Source of the DNA: a virus
DNA length: 64,000 bases
Direction: 5' to 3' (one strand)
IMG/VR virus record: IMGVR_UViG_3300002835_007523
Span: 1 to 64,000 of that record
Shown: in pieces, positions 7,209-16,096 of the stretch
How positions within the stretch are numbered: position 1 is the stretch's first letter
How the letters are laid out: the number at the start of each line of letters is the position of its first letter
Notes under the pieces: generated by a model
The model's database searches: none
The model's input: only the letters and a program-made list of their open reading frames with translations
Told to the model about the DNA's origin: nothing
Position numbers and translations under genes: made by a program

Positions 7209-9782
7209 ATGAAACCACTGCGCCCATTCGCAGCACTAATTGGAATATCTAATAGAATTACTTTTGCCCTAGGAGCGGGCTTTATATATCTGCTTCTTGT
7301 GATAACGCCTACCTATGCGGAAGAAACTACTCCTTCCACAGAGTCTTCGACCTCAAGTTCTCCAGCTCCATCTCCAAGTCCAGAACCTTCTGCTTCAACT
7401 TCGGACCCTCAATCCTCCAGTACGACATATTCTGCTGAGGCAAGTCCATCCCCGACGCCAAGTTCTTCATCAACTTCTGGTTCATCCGATCCAAGTCCAG
7501 CTCCTGCGCCTTCACCTTCGCCTTCGCCCACTTCAACTCCTCTTGCAACTTCTGAACCTTCTCCTGCTCCAAGCGAAAGTAGTTCTCCGTCCGCAGGACC
7601 CTCTCCATCGACTTCTCCGAGTACAACGATTTCATCGTCTCCAGAACCCGCACCTTCTGCTTCAGCGGAGCCGTCCCCCATATCCAGCCCAGAACAATCC
7701 CCGTCATCAAGCAGTACAGTACAAACGCCCATTGCCACCAGTGTTGAAACACCTACGGTTACCTCCGTTCAATCAAAAATAGAGACAGCAACTGTAACAT
7801 TAAACACAGCCATTGAAGCAGCAACTACAGAGCAAAAATCAGCGGCCGCAACTCCAGTTGTTGAAGCTCAGGTGGCGATTGTACAGGCAGAGTCTGCCAC
7901 AGCCGTAGCCGTTATAGCTCAAGCCGCTGTAGATTCTCAGACGGTTGTAGTAGCTACCGCAACAAACAATTTGACTGCTGCTCAAACGGCTTTAGATGCC
8001 CTTAAAGATGCTCCTGAAAATACAAAAGTTTATACAACAGACGGGTATGTAGCACCAGTAGCGCCAGAAACAGCGACAGTTACTACAACCACTCTTCCGA
8101 CTATGTACGATGCATCAACTAAAATTCAAACCCCGTTTGATATTAAGATGGGCGATATCCTGTATAACGGTCAGGGCCCAAACAGCCAGATTTACGTAAC
8201 ATCCAAGGCAACTATTACTTTTGGCACTGGAGACCACACTTGGTGGGATTTCCCTGGTGGACCAAGTATTTCGGTATTTGCCAGCGACTATATGAATGCT
8301 GGACCAGGAACTTCTACTGTAGTGACTACTACAGAAACAACTTTAGAGGTTGATTGGAATCTTAAAAAATTTGGTGATAACAACGCCCCTATAACTAATA
8401 TTAATTGGAAAATGACAGTAAACCCAACAACTGGTGAATGGACGGGTATTGGAACTGTTGCTGGAAACACCACTAATCTTTGGTATCCGCAACGCACTGG
8501 AGTTAGAGAAACTGCGGGTCAACCTGTTCAACAAATGACTGAAGTTACTAGTGCGACAATTGCAGCAGCAGAAACGGTAGTTGCAGACAAGGCTGAAGTA
8601 AAAACAGAGGCTGTTGCTACATTAACCACTCTTACTGAAACAGCTACAGCAACGGTTGCTACTGCAAATCAGTTGGCAAATGTTGCTGTTGAGAAGGTTG
8701 AGGTTGCAGTAGCTGCGCTTTCAGCACCTGTAGTTTCGCCAGAGCCTCAACAGCCGTCGACACCGCCAGTCGAACCGACTCCTGAACCTGCTCCTTCTCC
8801 AAATCCTCCTGCTCAAGAATCTTCTCAATCAACAGCTCCTCAGAACCCTGAGCCGTCCACTCCTCAACAACCTGTCGAGCCTTCGCAACCTCAGCAGCCC
8901 ACAGAGCCTCAAACTCCTTCGGATCCATCTACTACTCCTTCTGATCCTGCTGACAATAACAACTCTGACAATAACACGTCCCCGGAGGAAGAGACTCCTG
9001 ACGTTCCTCCAACTCCAGAAGACGGAGACGATACATCAACTCCTGAGTCTGAGGATCCTCAACCAACTCCCGAAGAGCCTTCTGAAAACGAATCCTCCGA
9101 CGAAAGCGATGAAACATCTACTGAGTCACCCACAGAAGAGTCATCGAACCCCACAGAAGAGCCAACAGAGCCGGAAGATACCGAGCAAACAGACGAAGAA
9201 ACTTCGGAGCCTTCGGACCCAACTGACGTAGTTGAGGAACCAGAATCACCACAGCAGTCACAAGAGACAGAGCAAGAAAATCAGTCCACAGAATCATCCC
9301 AGAATGATACACCAACCGAGGAAAAGGTTACCGCCCTCTTAGAGCAGGCTGGATCTGCCCCAGTTAGTACAGAAGCTATAAAAGAAGCTGGACTAACCTA
9401 TTCAGACCTTCCACCAGCAACTCCAGTTGAGGTTAGAACTGATGAAGATGGAAATGCTGTCATAATTACTGCAGAAGTTGCTGCAGCTTTAGTTCTTTTA
9501 GAAAATCCTGCAGAACTCCTTGGAGCAATATTCGAGAACCCAGCTCAAGCATTAACAGCGCTAGGAAACATAGGCGCAGATATGTCTGAAGAAGAACGAC
9601 AAGAAGCTGAAAAAATAGTTGTAGCAGCGGTGATTGCCGGACAAGCGGCAGTAAACGCCGCAACTATGGCCGCTGCAGCCACAACCTCATCAACTACTGG
9701 AGGGTCTAGTGGTGGGGGAGGACCTTCAGGTGGAAGTTCAAAGGGCGGAGATAAAATACTAAGGAGACGAGGAAAATGGTAA
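7209..9782 (+). CDS. large exported or surface protein with Ser/Pro/Thr- and Pro/Glu-rich linkers and a central NIDO-like beta domain
   Basis: N-terminal hydrophobic signal ending TYA-E; PFDIKMG..Y...IYVTSKATITFG; C-terminal hydrophobic stretch and RRRGKW tail. Confidence 0.75.
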   Translation: MKPLRPFAALIGISNRITFALGAGFIYLLLVITPTYAEETTPSTESSTSSSPAPSPSPEPSASTSDPQSSSTTYSAEASPSPTPSSSSTSGSSDPSPAPAPSPSPSPTSTPLATSEPSPAPSESSSPSAGPSPSTSPSTTISSSPEPAPSASAEPSPISSPEQSPSSSSTVQTPIATSVETPTVTSVQSKIETATVTLNTAIEAATTEQKSAAATPVVEAQVAIVQAESATAVAVIAQAAVDSQTVVVATATNNLTAAQTALDALKDAPENTKVYTTDGYVAPVAPETATVTTTTLPTMYDASTKIQTPFDIKMGDILYNGQGPNSQIYVTSKATITFGTGDHTWWDFPGGPSISVFASDYMNAGPGTSTVVTTTETTLEVDWNLKKFGDNNAPITNINWKMTVNPTTGEWTGIGTVAGNTTNLWYPQRTGVRETAGQPVQQMTEVTSATIAAAETVVADKAEVKTEAVATLTTLTETATATVATANQLANVAVEKVEVAVAALSAPVVSPEPQQPSTPPVEPTPEPAPSPNPPAQESSQSTAPQNPEPSTPQQPVEPSQPQQPTEPQTPSDPSTTPSDPADNNNSDNNTSPEEETPDVPPTPEDGDDTSTPESEDPQPTPEEPSENESSDESDETSTESPTEESSNPTEEPTEPEDTEQTDEETSEPSDPTDVVEEPESPQQSQETEQENQSTESSQNDTPTEEKVTALLEQAGSAPVSTEAIKEAGLTYSDLPPATPVEVRTDEDGNAVIITAEVAAALVLLENPAELLGAIFENPAQALTALGNIGADMSEEERQEAEKIVVAAVIAGQAAVNAATMAAAATTSSTTGGSSGGGGPSGGSSKGGDKILRRRGKW

Positions 9783-9949
9783 AGCTACTAAAAGACATGG
9801 CAGATCAGCTATGGACTCTACTAGGCATGTTTATTGCTTGGGTTGTCCTAGACGGGTCAGCTAAGACTGTTGTAGGATACGCAATTATTGGAACATTTAT
9901 TGCCTGGGCAGTAACTTACCCCCTGAGGAACCCAAAGGATGAAGAATAA
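9776..9949 (+). CDS. 57-aa two-TM membrane protein, holin-like (not in track)
   Basis: MVKLLKDMADQLWTLLGMFIAWVVLDGSAKTVVGYAIIGTFIAWAVTYPLRNPKDEE; overlaps both neighbours. Confidence 0.7.
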   Translation: MVKLLKDMADQLWTLLGMFIAWVVLDGSAKTVVGYAIIGTFIAWAVTYPLRNPKDEE

Positions 9950-10139
9950 GAGTAGACTAGTCCTACTAGGACTATCATTACTGCTTTTGTCTGGCTGTGG
10001 GTATGACGGACATTTCCGTTATCCATGTCAAGACCCAGCTAATTGGGAAAAAGCAGAGTGTAAACCACCAGTATGTACTGCTAGTGGAACGTGCCCTGCG
10101 GACCTAGGCGTCAAACAAGAAGGAACATCAAATGGCTAA
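9939..10139 (+). CDS. small Cys-containing lipoprotein
   Basis: Basic N-terminus, hydrophobic core and lipobox LSGC; four further Cys. Confidence 0.75.
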   Translation: MKNKSRLVLLGLSLLLLSGCGYDGHFRYPCQDPANWEKAECKPPVCTASGTCPADLGVKQEGTSNG

Positions 10140-10542
10140 AGAAAGACTAACACCACAAGAACTAGACGCTAGATTAAAGTTTATTCTAGGAATCACCTTA
10201 GGTTCTATTTTATTTTTTACAGCTATAGGAATTCTCTATGGCCTTTTGTTCGTTACTCAACCTATTGGGGCACAGTCAGAAAATGACAAGATGTTCTTCA
10301 ATGTTTTGGGTAGCGTAGCTACATTTATTACTGGAACTTTGGCTGGACTTCTTATTGGTCAGTCTGGTGCAAAAGACATTATGGCTGCACAACTAGCCAA
10401 TAAAGAGATGGACTCAAAGAATACTCTTGCTGATAAAAAGCTTGAGGCAGAAATTGACGACGCTAAGGCTCGCAGACTTGCAAAGCCAGACGGAGCAGTT
10501 CCCCCAGCACATCCAGTTGACGAAGATTGGGATAAAGACTAA
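10132..10542 (+). CDS. two-TM membrane protein, holin candidate
   Basis: Two hydrophobic helices and a charged C-terminus; directly upstream of the endolysin. Confidence 0.65.
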   Translation: MAKERLTPQELDARLKFILGITLGSILFFTAIGILYGLLFVTQPIGAQSENDKMFFNVLGSVATFITGTLAGLLIGQSGAKDIMAAQLANKEMDSKNTLADKKLEAEIDDAKARRLAKPDGAVPPAHPVDEDWDKD

Positions 10543-11108
10543 TGGCGGAACAAGGAACAGCAGCTAAGCTTATTGAAGTTGCTACAGCAGAAGTAGGTAC
10601 AGTCGAAGGTCCAAAGGACAACGAGACTAAGTACGGTGCGTTTACTAAGGCTAACTTCTTGCCTTGGTGCGGAAGTTTTGTTATGTGGTGTGCCGATCAG
10701 GCTGGCGTAAAGGTACCAAATACTGTATCAACTCCAGCTGGCGCAGCAGCGTTTAAGAAGAAGAATGCTTGGATTGACGGTGATCTTGCAGATCCAGAGC
10801 CAGGTGATATTGCTTATTTTGATTTTCCATCAGATGGTGTAGATCGAATTTCCCATGTTGGAATTGTCATTAAGGACAATGAAGACGGCACTGTATGGTG
10901 CATAGAGGGAAATACCTCTGGAGACTCCAAAGGTAGCCAACGTAATGGAGGAGAGGTCTGCAAAAAACTACGTGCATATAAAAAGAATAAAAAGAATGTG
11001 CAAGTCTCTATCGTTGGATTTGGTCGACCAAAGTTTAAGGGTGCGGCTAAATCATCCGTCCCAGCATCACCTGCTGAGACATGCGACCGTTGTGGAAAAC
11101 TTTTGTAA
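10542..11108 (+). CDS. CHAP-domain endolysin
   Basis: PWCGSFVMWC, PGDIAYFD, HVGIV and IEGNT motifs. Confidence 0.9.
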   Translation: MAEQGTAAKLIEVATAEVGTVEGPKDNETKYGAFTKANFLPWCGSFVMWCADQAGVKVPNTVSTPAGAAAFKKKNAWIDGDLADPEPGDIAYFDFPSDGVDRISHVGIVIKDNEDGTVWCIEGNTSGDSKGSQRNGGEVCKKLRAYKKNKKNVQVSIVGFGRPKFKGAAKSSVPASPAETCDRCGKLL

Positions 11109-11133
11109 AAGGATGTGATCCTTATCTAGAGAT

Positions 11134-11164
11134 AAGGGGCCGGATTTCTCCGGCCCCTTTCTTT
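11134..11164. terminator. terminator hairpin between convergent genes
   Basis: AAGGGGCCGGA-TTTC-TCCGGCCCCTT followed by T-rich sequence. Confidence 0.8.
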
Positions 11165-11165
11165 A

Positions 11166-11729
11166 TTACTCCGAGAATCTACTAATCCAGAGTTCTATCC
11201 CAGGCTCTGATGGGTCTCCATCATAAGCGTGAGGGCCATAGCCCCAAGAACCCCAGTTAGTGCCCTTAGCCGTCATATAGAAGGCTATTTGAGCATTTAC
11301 TACTGGGTCAAATAATTGTTTCTTTGTATCGATTTGTATTCCGTTTTGTTGAAATTTATCTATCCTGTCCGAACCTAAAGTTCCAATCATGTTTATTTGA
11401 AATAGCCCATAAGAGTCATCTCCTGTAGACGGAGTATCATTATGGGAAGTAGGACGTCCTGTGGACTCCCTCATAGCTACGGCCCAAGCTATTTTTAACT
11501 TTTCCCCCTTAAAGCCAGTAAGCTTTAAAAGGTCGATTAATTCATCATTTGATAGCTTTTTAGCGTTTCTGTATTTTTCAATAGGGTCAACTTCTTCTAC
11601 CGCAACTGTTACGGTAGTTCCATCAGACGGTAAGATCTGATTTGACCAGGCCCATGCTACGTCTACACTCATTACAAATAAAAGTGCTAGCAATGAGGTT
11701 AATATCTTAACTTTTGCACTATACTTCAC
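11166..11729 (-). CDS. secreted lysozyme-like or lytic transglycosylase protein
   Basis: Signal peptide; AWAVAMRES..G (catalytic Glu), SYGLFQIN, LFDPVVNA, W..W. Confidence 0.85.
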   Translation of the reverse strand: MKYSAKVKILTSLLALLFVMSVDVAWAWSNQILPSDGTTVTVAVEEVDPIEKYRNAKKLSNDELIDLLKLTGFKGEKLKIAWAVAMRESTGRPTSHNDTPSTGDDSYGLFQINMIGTLGSDRIDKFQQNGIQIDTKKQLFDPVVNAQIAFYMTAKGTNWGSWGYGPHAYDGDPSEPGIELWISRFSE

Positions 11730-11744
11730 TTCATCCCCTGGGTC

Positions 11745-11870
11745 TAGAGGGCCAGATTGTTACCCATAACAACTGTCACTTGCCATGAGCGATACGGCCT
11801 CTTTCTGCCGCATCTATCTGCAACCCCTTTACTTGCGAGACTACAAATGCCCGGTTTCCCAGGCATTAGT
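11745..11870 (-). promoter_or_regulatory. putative structured cis-regulatory leader of the transglycosylase gene
   Basis: GAAA-capped hairpin plus a multi-stem junction; mismatches are G-U on the minus strand. Confidence 0.5.
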
Positions 11871-11925
11871 AGAACCGTAGCAGTAAATACAGGGGGTCCG
11901 CAACCCTGAAGTGAAAAGGAAAAAA

Positions 11926-12219
11926 ATGTCTAAATGTCTGAATTGTGATGATAATGCGGTGTATATTTTGGAAAAAAGGGGACAAAGCCCACAATTATTT
12001 TGTGAGAAAGATCTCCCTTGGTTTTTAAAATCTGCGCTACCAGCTGAAGGATTAAAGAAGATCTCTGATCTTGTAGTTGAAGAAGAGCCTAAGATTGAAG
12101 AAAAATCAAAGAAGCCTTCAAAGAAGGAAGAACCAGTTGTGGTTTCTGAACCGGAACCAGTAGTCGAAGAAACTGTAGCGGAAGAAGAGATCAATGAAGA
12201 TAGAGACGATAATAACTAA
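11926..12219 (+). CDS. hypothetical protein (CxxC...C, Glu-rich tail)
   Basis: ATG at 11926 after AAGGA, chosen over the track start at 11911. Confidence 0.65.
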   Translation: MSKCLNCDDNAVYILEKRGQSPQLFCEKDLPWFLKSALPAEGLKKISDLVVEEEPKIEEKSKKPSKKEEPVVVSEPEPVVEETVAEEEINEDRDDNN

Positions 12220-12454
12220 GCAGGGACATCCTGTTCCTAACACTGTTATGCAGCCTAGAGGACCATTTCCTCCTGAGCTTCTTGAGGAACCAAAAATCGT
12301 ATATGAATACGATAAGCAGGCTGAGAATGGCGGTTATGAGCTGCCAGTTGAGGGCACTGCACAAAATGACTATAAAGAACTTCGTTGGTTTAAGTGCAAT
12401 ATCTGTTTAACAGTTATATCTGAAAATCATCTAGAGACACATCTTTGTGAGTAA
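12194..12454 (+). CDS. hypothetical protein with C-terminal C2HC zinc finger
   Basis: FKCNIC...LETHLC. Confidence 0.7.
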   Translation: MKIETIITKQGHPVPNTVMQPRGPFPPELLEEPKIVYEYDKQAENGGYELPVEGTAQNDYKELRWFKCNICLTVISENHLETHLCE

Positions 12455-12459
12455 GGCTC

Positions 12460-13104
12460 ATGGTAAATAGAAGAGGCTGGAATAGAATAAGCGCTGCAGA
12501 AGAAGCTGCACGTAGAGCCCGCAATGCCATGAACAGAATGGATGCGAGTGATTTAGAAAACTATCTCCCTCAAGAGATAATACGAGCAATAAAAAAAGAA
12601 AGAAGAAGTCTAGGAGAGCAGCTTTCTAGAGGCGTAACTCGTCCGGGATATACAACAAATGAGATCGATGTAAATATAGATCCTAGAGGCGCATACTACG
12701 AAAACGAGATGATGTATCTCGATCCGGCCCTAGCAATATACCCTGAACCGGGTGAAGAGGCGTATGCTCCAGTATCTTTTAGGGGTAACCTTACAGAGGC
12801 GCCAACAGCTACTAGCAAACCAGAACGCCCAAGAACTGTTGCAGCAGCATACGACCCAAATAGAAGCACATTAACAATCGTCTTTAGAGACTCCACCGTA
12901 TATAACTATTACGACGTTAGTATGGATGAGTGGGAAGATTTTAGAGAAAAACCAAGCAAGTATGAATACATTAGGGATGTTTTAGACTACAAACCTAGAG
13001 GCCCTGCAGATATAAGCTCTGTCCCTACTGATGTAAGAATGTTTGCTTATAGGGCAACCAGAGCGGCTCAGCTTGCTGCTGAAAAGAAGAAACGGAGTAA
13101 GTAA
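12460..13104 (+). CDS. KTSC-domain protein
   Basis: AAYDPNRSTLTIVFRDSTVYNYYDVSMDEWEDF...SK..YI. Confidence 0.75.
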   Translation: MVNRRGWNRISAAEEAARRARNAMNRMDASDLENYLPQEIIRAIKKERRSLGEQLSRGVTRPGYTTNEIDVNIDPRGAYYENEMMYLDPALAIYPEPGEEAYAPVSFRGNLTEAPTATSKPERPRTVAAAYDPNRSTLTIVFRDSTVYNYYDVSMDEWEDFREKPSKYEYIRDVLDYKPRGPADISSVPTDVRMFAYRATRAAQLAAEKKKRSK

Positions 13105-13397
13105 TGGCTACAACAAAAGATATAGGAAACTATTACTGGCATGGCCTAACCTATCCGTACAAGCCAAAAGGTCTGTATGAAAAAGCTGAGACTCAGGAAA
13201 TTGACGAACCTTTTAGGCATGGGTCCGGGGTATCTATACGCATACCCTTTACAAAAAGGGCAATAGTTATGGGTAAGTGGGCAAAAACTGGATATACAGA
13301 GAGCGAGGCTCTAACCTACGCCATACGGGGTAGAGGATTAAAAAAGGACGAGGTAAACTGGGATGCTATACGTCAAGGAGTAAAAGAGAGTAACTGA
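13104..13397 (+). CDS. hypothetical protein
   Basis: Translationally coupled ORF. Confidence 0.7.
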   Translation: MATTKDIGNYYWHGLTYPYKPKGLYEKAETQEIDEPFRHGSGVSIRIPFTKRAIVMGKWAKTGYTESEALTYAIRGRGLKKDEVNWDAIRQGVKESN

Positions 13398-13627
13398 TGT
13401 TTAAGAAGCGTAAACAACAGCGTGAAATAACACGGGTTCAAAAACGAATACAAACCCTTCCTTCAGGAGAAATAGTGGGGTGGGTAAATAACTCTATTTA
13501 TAACATTGATCGTAACCTATCCATGTGGAGCCGTACAGAAGACGCTACATTTTTAGAAGAAGCTCGATTAGCATCAGAGGTGCTACATGAGGCCCTAGAG
13601 TCGTTAAGTAGGAGAGTAAATGCGTGA
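13397..13627 (+). CDS. hypothetical protein immediately upstream of terminase
   Basis: Coupled helical ORF. Confidence 0.7.
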   Translation: MFKKRKQQREITRVQKRIQTLPSGEIVGWVNNSIYNIDRNLSMWSRTEDATFLEEARLASEVLHEALESLSRRVNA

Positions 13628-15248
13628 AGACTTTGAGTTCAACGACTTTGAGGATGAGGATGACGATCTTGACTATGAAGATGATTCACAGTTTGAAGAG
13701 GTAGATGGTCCTGAGGACGAAGAAGATTACGAAACCCTAGAGTCCGATGAGGACGAGATGGATGAACTATCTAAAGAGTTCGTAGCTGTCCTAGTAGATA
13801 AGATCCTTTCCTTTATGGTTTTGCTTGTTGGGCACGACCTACACCCCTACCAGAAACCGTTAGCTAAAAGAATTATAGAAAGCGTCATAGTCAATGACGG
13901 AGAAGAAATAACTGCTCTTGCAGCTCGTCAGTCTGGAAAGTCAGAAACAATAGCAAACGTTGTAGCTACTCTTATGGTTATTCTGCCTAGGTTGGCTAAG
14001 ATGTATCCAGATCTATTGGGTAAGTTTACGTCTGGTTTATGGGTTGGAATGTTTGCTCCTATTCAAGCACAGGCAGAAACTCTTTACTCAAGAACAGTAA
14101 GTCGATTAACAAGCCCACAGGCACTAGAGGTTCTTGGCGATCCGGAAATTGATGATATGCCTGGAAAGAACCCTGGAGTTACAAGAAATATAAAGCTTAA
14201 AAACTCGGGCTCAACACTAATGATGATGACAGCTAACCCTCGTGCAAAGATTGAATCTAAGTCTTTCCACCTAATGGTCATTGATGAGTGTCAAGAGGCA
14301 GACGACTTTATAGTCTCTAAGTCTATTGCCCCTATGGGTGCGTACTACAACGCAACGATGGTTAAGACCGGGACCCCATCTACCATGAAAAACAACTTCT
14401 ACAGATCTATACAGCTAAATAAGAGACGTCAAGTGGGACGTACAAGCAGGCAAAATCATTTTCAGTGGGACTGGAGAGATGTTGCCAAGTTCAATGAAAA
14501 CTATGAAAAGTTTATTCGTAAAGAGATGTTACGAATTGGTGAAGATTCTGACGAGTTTCAGCTCTCCTACAATTGCAAATGGTTACTAGAGCGGGGTATG
14601 TTCGTAACTTCATCTGTAATGGATGATTTGGGAGACACTTCTCAACAGCTAGTCAAGAGTTGGCACGCATCCCCAGTAGTAGTGGGGATAGATCCTGCAC
14701 GTAAGATGGACTCAACCGTAGTTACCGTTGTATGGGTTGACTGGGATCGTCCAGATGAGTTTGGCTATTACGACCATAGAATTCTAAATTGGATGGAAAT
14801 CCAGGGAGACGATTGGGAAGAACAGTACTTCCAAATAGTTAACTTCCTAGGAAACTACGACGTTTTGGCCATTGCGGTAGACGCAAACGGGGTTGGAGAT
14901 GCGGTAGCTCAACGACTAAAGGTTCTTATTCCTAGAGCCCAGGTTGTTGCAACCACCTCTAGCCAGAGCGATCAATCTAAGCGTTGGAAGCATTTACAGG
15001 CCCTAATACAGCGCCAGATGATTTCTTGGCCTTCCCACGCTAAAACACGAAATCTTCGTATTTGGAAGCGTTTCTACCAACAAATGACGGATGCCGAAGT
15101 ACAATATAAGGGTCCCAACTTCTTAGTTGAAGCCCCTAAAGAGGCACACGCACACGACGATTTTGTGGACTCTTTGGCACTAGCGTGTTCTCTAACACAA
15201 GAAATGGTCATGCCAACCGTAGAGGTTAGCGCATCTCCATTCTTTTAA
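13620..15248 (+). CDS. terL: terminase large subunit
   Basis: ARQSGKS Walker A, VIDECQ Walker B, GIDPA nuclease motif, HDDFVDS. Confidence 0.95.
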   Translation: MREDFEFNDFEDEDDDLDYEDDSQFEEVDGPEDEEDYETLESDEDEMDELSKEFVAVLVDKILSFMVLLVGHDLHPYQKPLAKRIIESVIVNDGEEITALAARQSGKSETIANVVATLMVILPRLAKMYPDLLGKFTSGLWVGMFAPIQAQAETLYSRTVSRLTSPQALEVLGDPEIDDMPGKNPGVTRNIKLKNSGSTLMMMTANPRAKIESKSFHLMVIDECQEADDFIVSKSIAPMGAYYNATMVKTGTPSTMKNNFYRSIQLNKRRQVGRTSRQNHFQWDWRDVAKFNENYEKFIRKEMLRIGEDSDEFQLSYNCKWLLERGMFVTSSVMDDLGDTSQQLVKSWHASPVVVGIDPARKMDSTVVTVVWVDWDRPDEFGYYDHRILNWMEIQGDDWEEQYFQIVNFLGNYDVLAIAVDANGVGDAVAQRLKVLIPRAQVVATTSSQSDQSKRWKHLQALIQRQMISWPSHAKTRNLRIWKRFYQQMTDAEVQYKGPNFLVEAPKEAHAHDDFVDSLALACSLTQEMVMPTVEVSASPFF

Positions 15249-15333
15249 TAGAAATTCGTTTAGGACCAAAAATATCCTTGTAGGTACCAAACTTATATAC
15301 AAGGATCCTTAAAAACCTTATAAGGAGTAAATA

Positions 15334-15732
15334 ATGGCAATTGCACCAAACCCTGGCTTTCCTGAGAAGACCGGCTCAGTTTACGAACGTAAAATGGCTG
15401 GAGCTGTTCCAGGACAGCGCGGACCTCTTCGCTTTGAAGAGGGAGTAGCAACTGATACCGATGTTCCAAATGATTTTCAACTTGGACTTGATCAGGGCTA
15501 CGACACACCAGCTGGGCGTCCTAACCACAATCTAAATGTTTTTGAGAAGTCTGCAGAAGAGACTATGAGAGAGCGTGCCCACGTCGGTTCAGCCGCATGG
15601 GTTGAAGCTCCTACTTATGTAAATGAGTTTTCTCAGGGTAACTTCCAAGACTACGCAGAACCACGGATTGAAGAGGTTGCTCGTTCAGGCGGTCGTTATC
15701 AAAGAATGAACCCTGCAGCTGTAACTGACTAA
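15334..15732 (+). CDS. hypothetical protein between terminase and portal
   Basis: Strong AAGGAG SD; head-module position. Confidence 0.8.
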   Translation: MAIAPNPGFPEKTGSVYERKMAGAVPGQRGPLRFEEGVATDTDVPNDFQLGLDQGYDTPAGRPNHNLNVFEKSAEETMRERAHVGSAAWVEAPTYVNEFSQGNFQDYAEPRIEEVARSGGRYQRMNPAAVTD

Positions 15733-15753
15733 TCAGGGTAAACTTTCGTACTA

Positions 15754-15793
15754 GGTACCCGGCTTCGTTACCCCTTCTCCGAAGCCGGGCACC
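15754..15793 (+). other. stem-loop with anti-SD-like loop TTACCCCTTCTC
   Basis: GGTACCCGGCTTCG/CGAAGCCGGGCACC stem with no U-tract; TAAACT -10-like box at 15739-15744. Confidence 0.6.
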
Positions 15794-15811
15794 ACTTACT
15801 TTAGGAGAGCG

Positions 15812-16081
15812 ATGGCTGAATCAGGAGTACCTTCAAATCAGGTATTGTGGAATAGCTTAGTGTCACAAGCAAAAGCTAAATACCCATCAAGAAGAAGCAA
15901 AGGACTTTCATTTGCTGCCGCTTCTTGGGTAAAACAACAGTACGCTTCAAAAGGTGGTCAATACGTTTCTTCAAAAGCAGAAGTAGAAATTCGTGATACT
16001 AAAAAAGAACTGATAGATAAAAAGAAAAGAAAAGAAGCGGACATTAAAAGAAGAAAAAAGTTAAATCATCAGCTTAGCTAA
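15812..16081 (+). CDS. basic hypothetical protein
   Basis: AGGAG SD; PSNQVLW...AKAKY...WVKQQY..KGG.Y. Confidence 0.7.
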   Translation: MAESGVPSNQVLWNSLVSQAKAKYPSRRSKGLSFAAASWVKQQYASKGGQYVSSKAEVEIRDTKKELIDKKKRKEADIKRRKKLNHQLS

Positions 16082-16096
16082 CGAGAGTGAAATAGA

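Noticed and set aside
11745-11870. c-di-AMP (ydaO) riboswitch
   Set aside because: The conserved GCUGAAU, GGGGUGAA and CCCGUCAGCUAA elements are not visible
13620-15248. Intein or intron in terminase (also checked DnaB and the SNF2 helicase)
   Set aside because: Lengths are normal, frames are continuous and no splice motifs were seen
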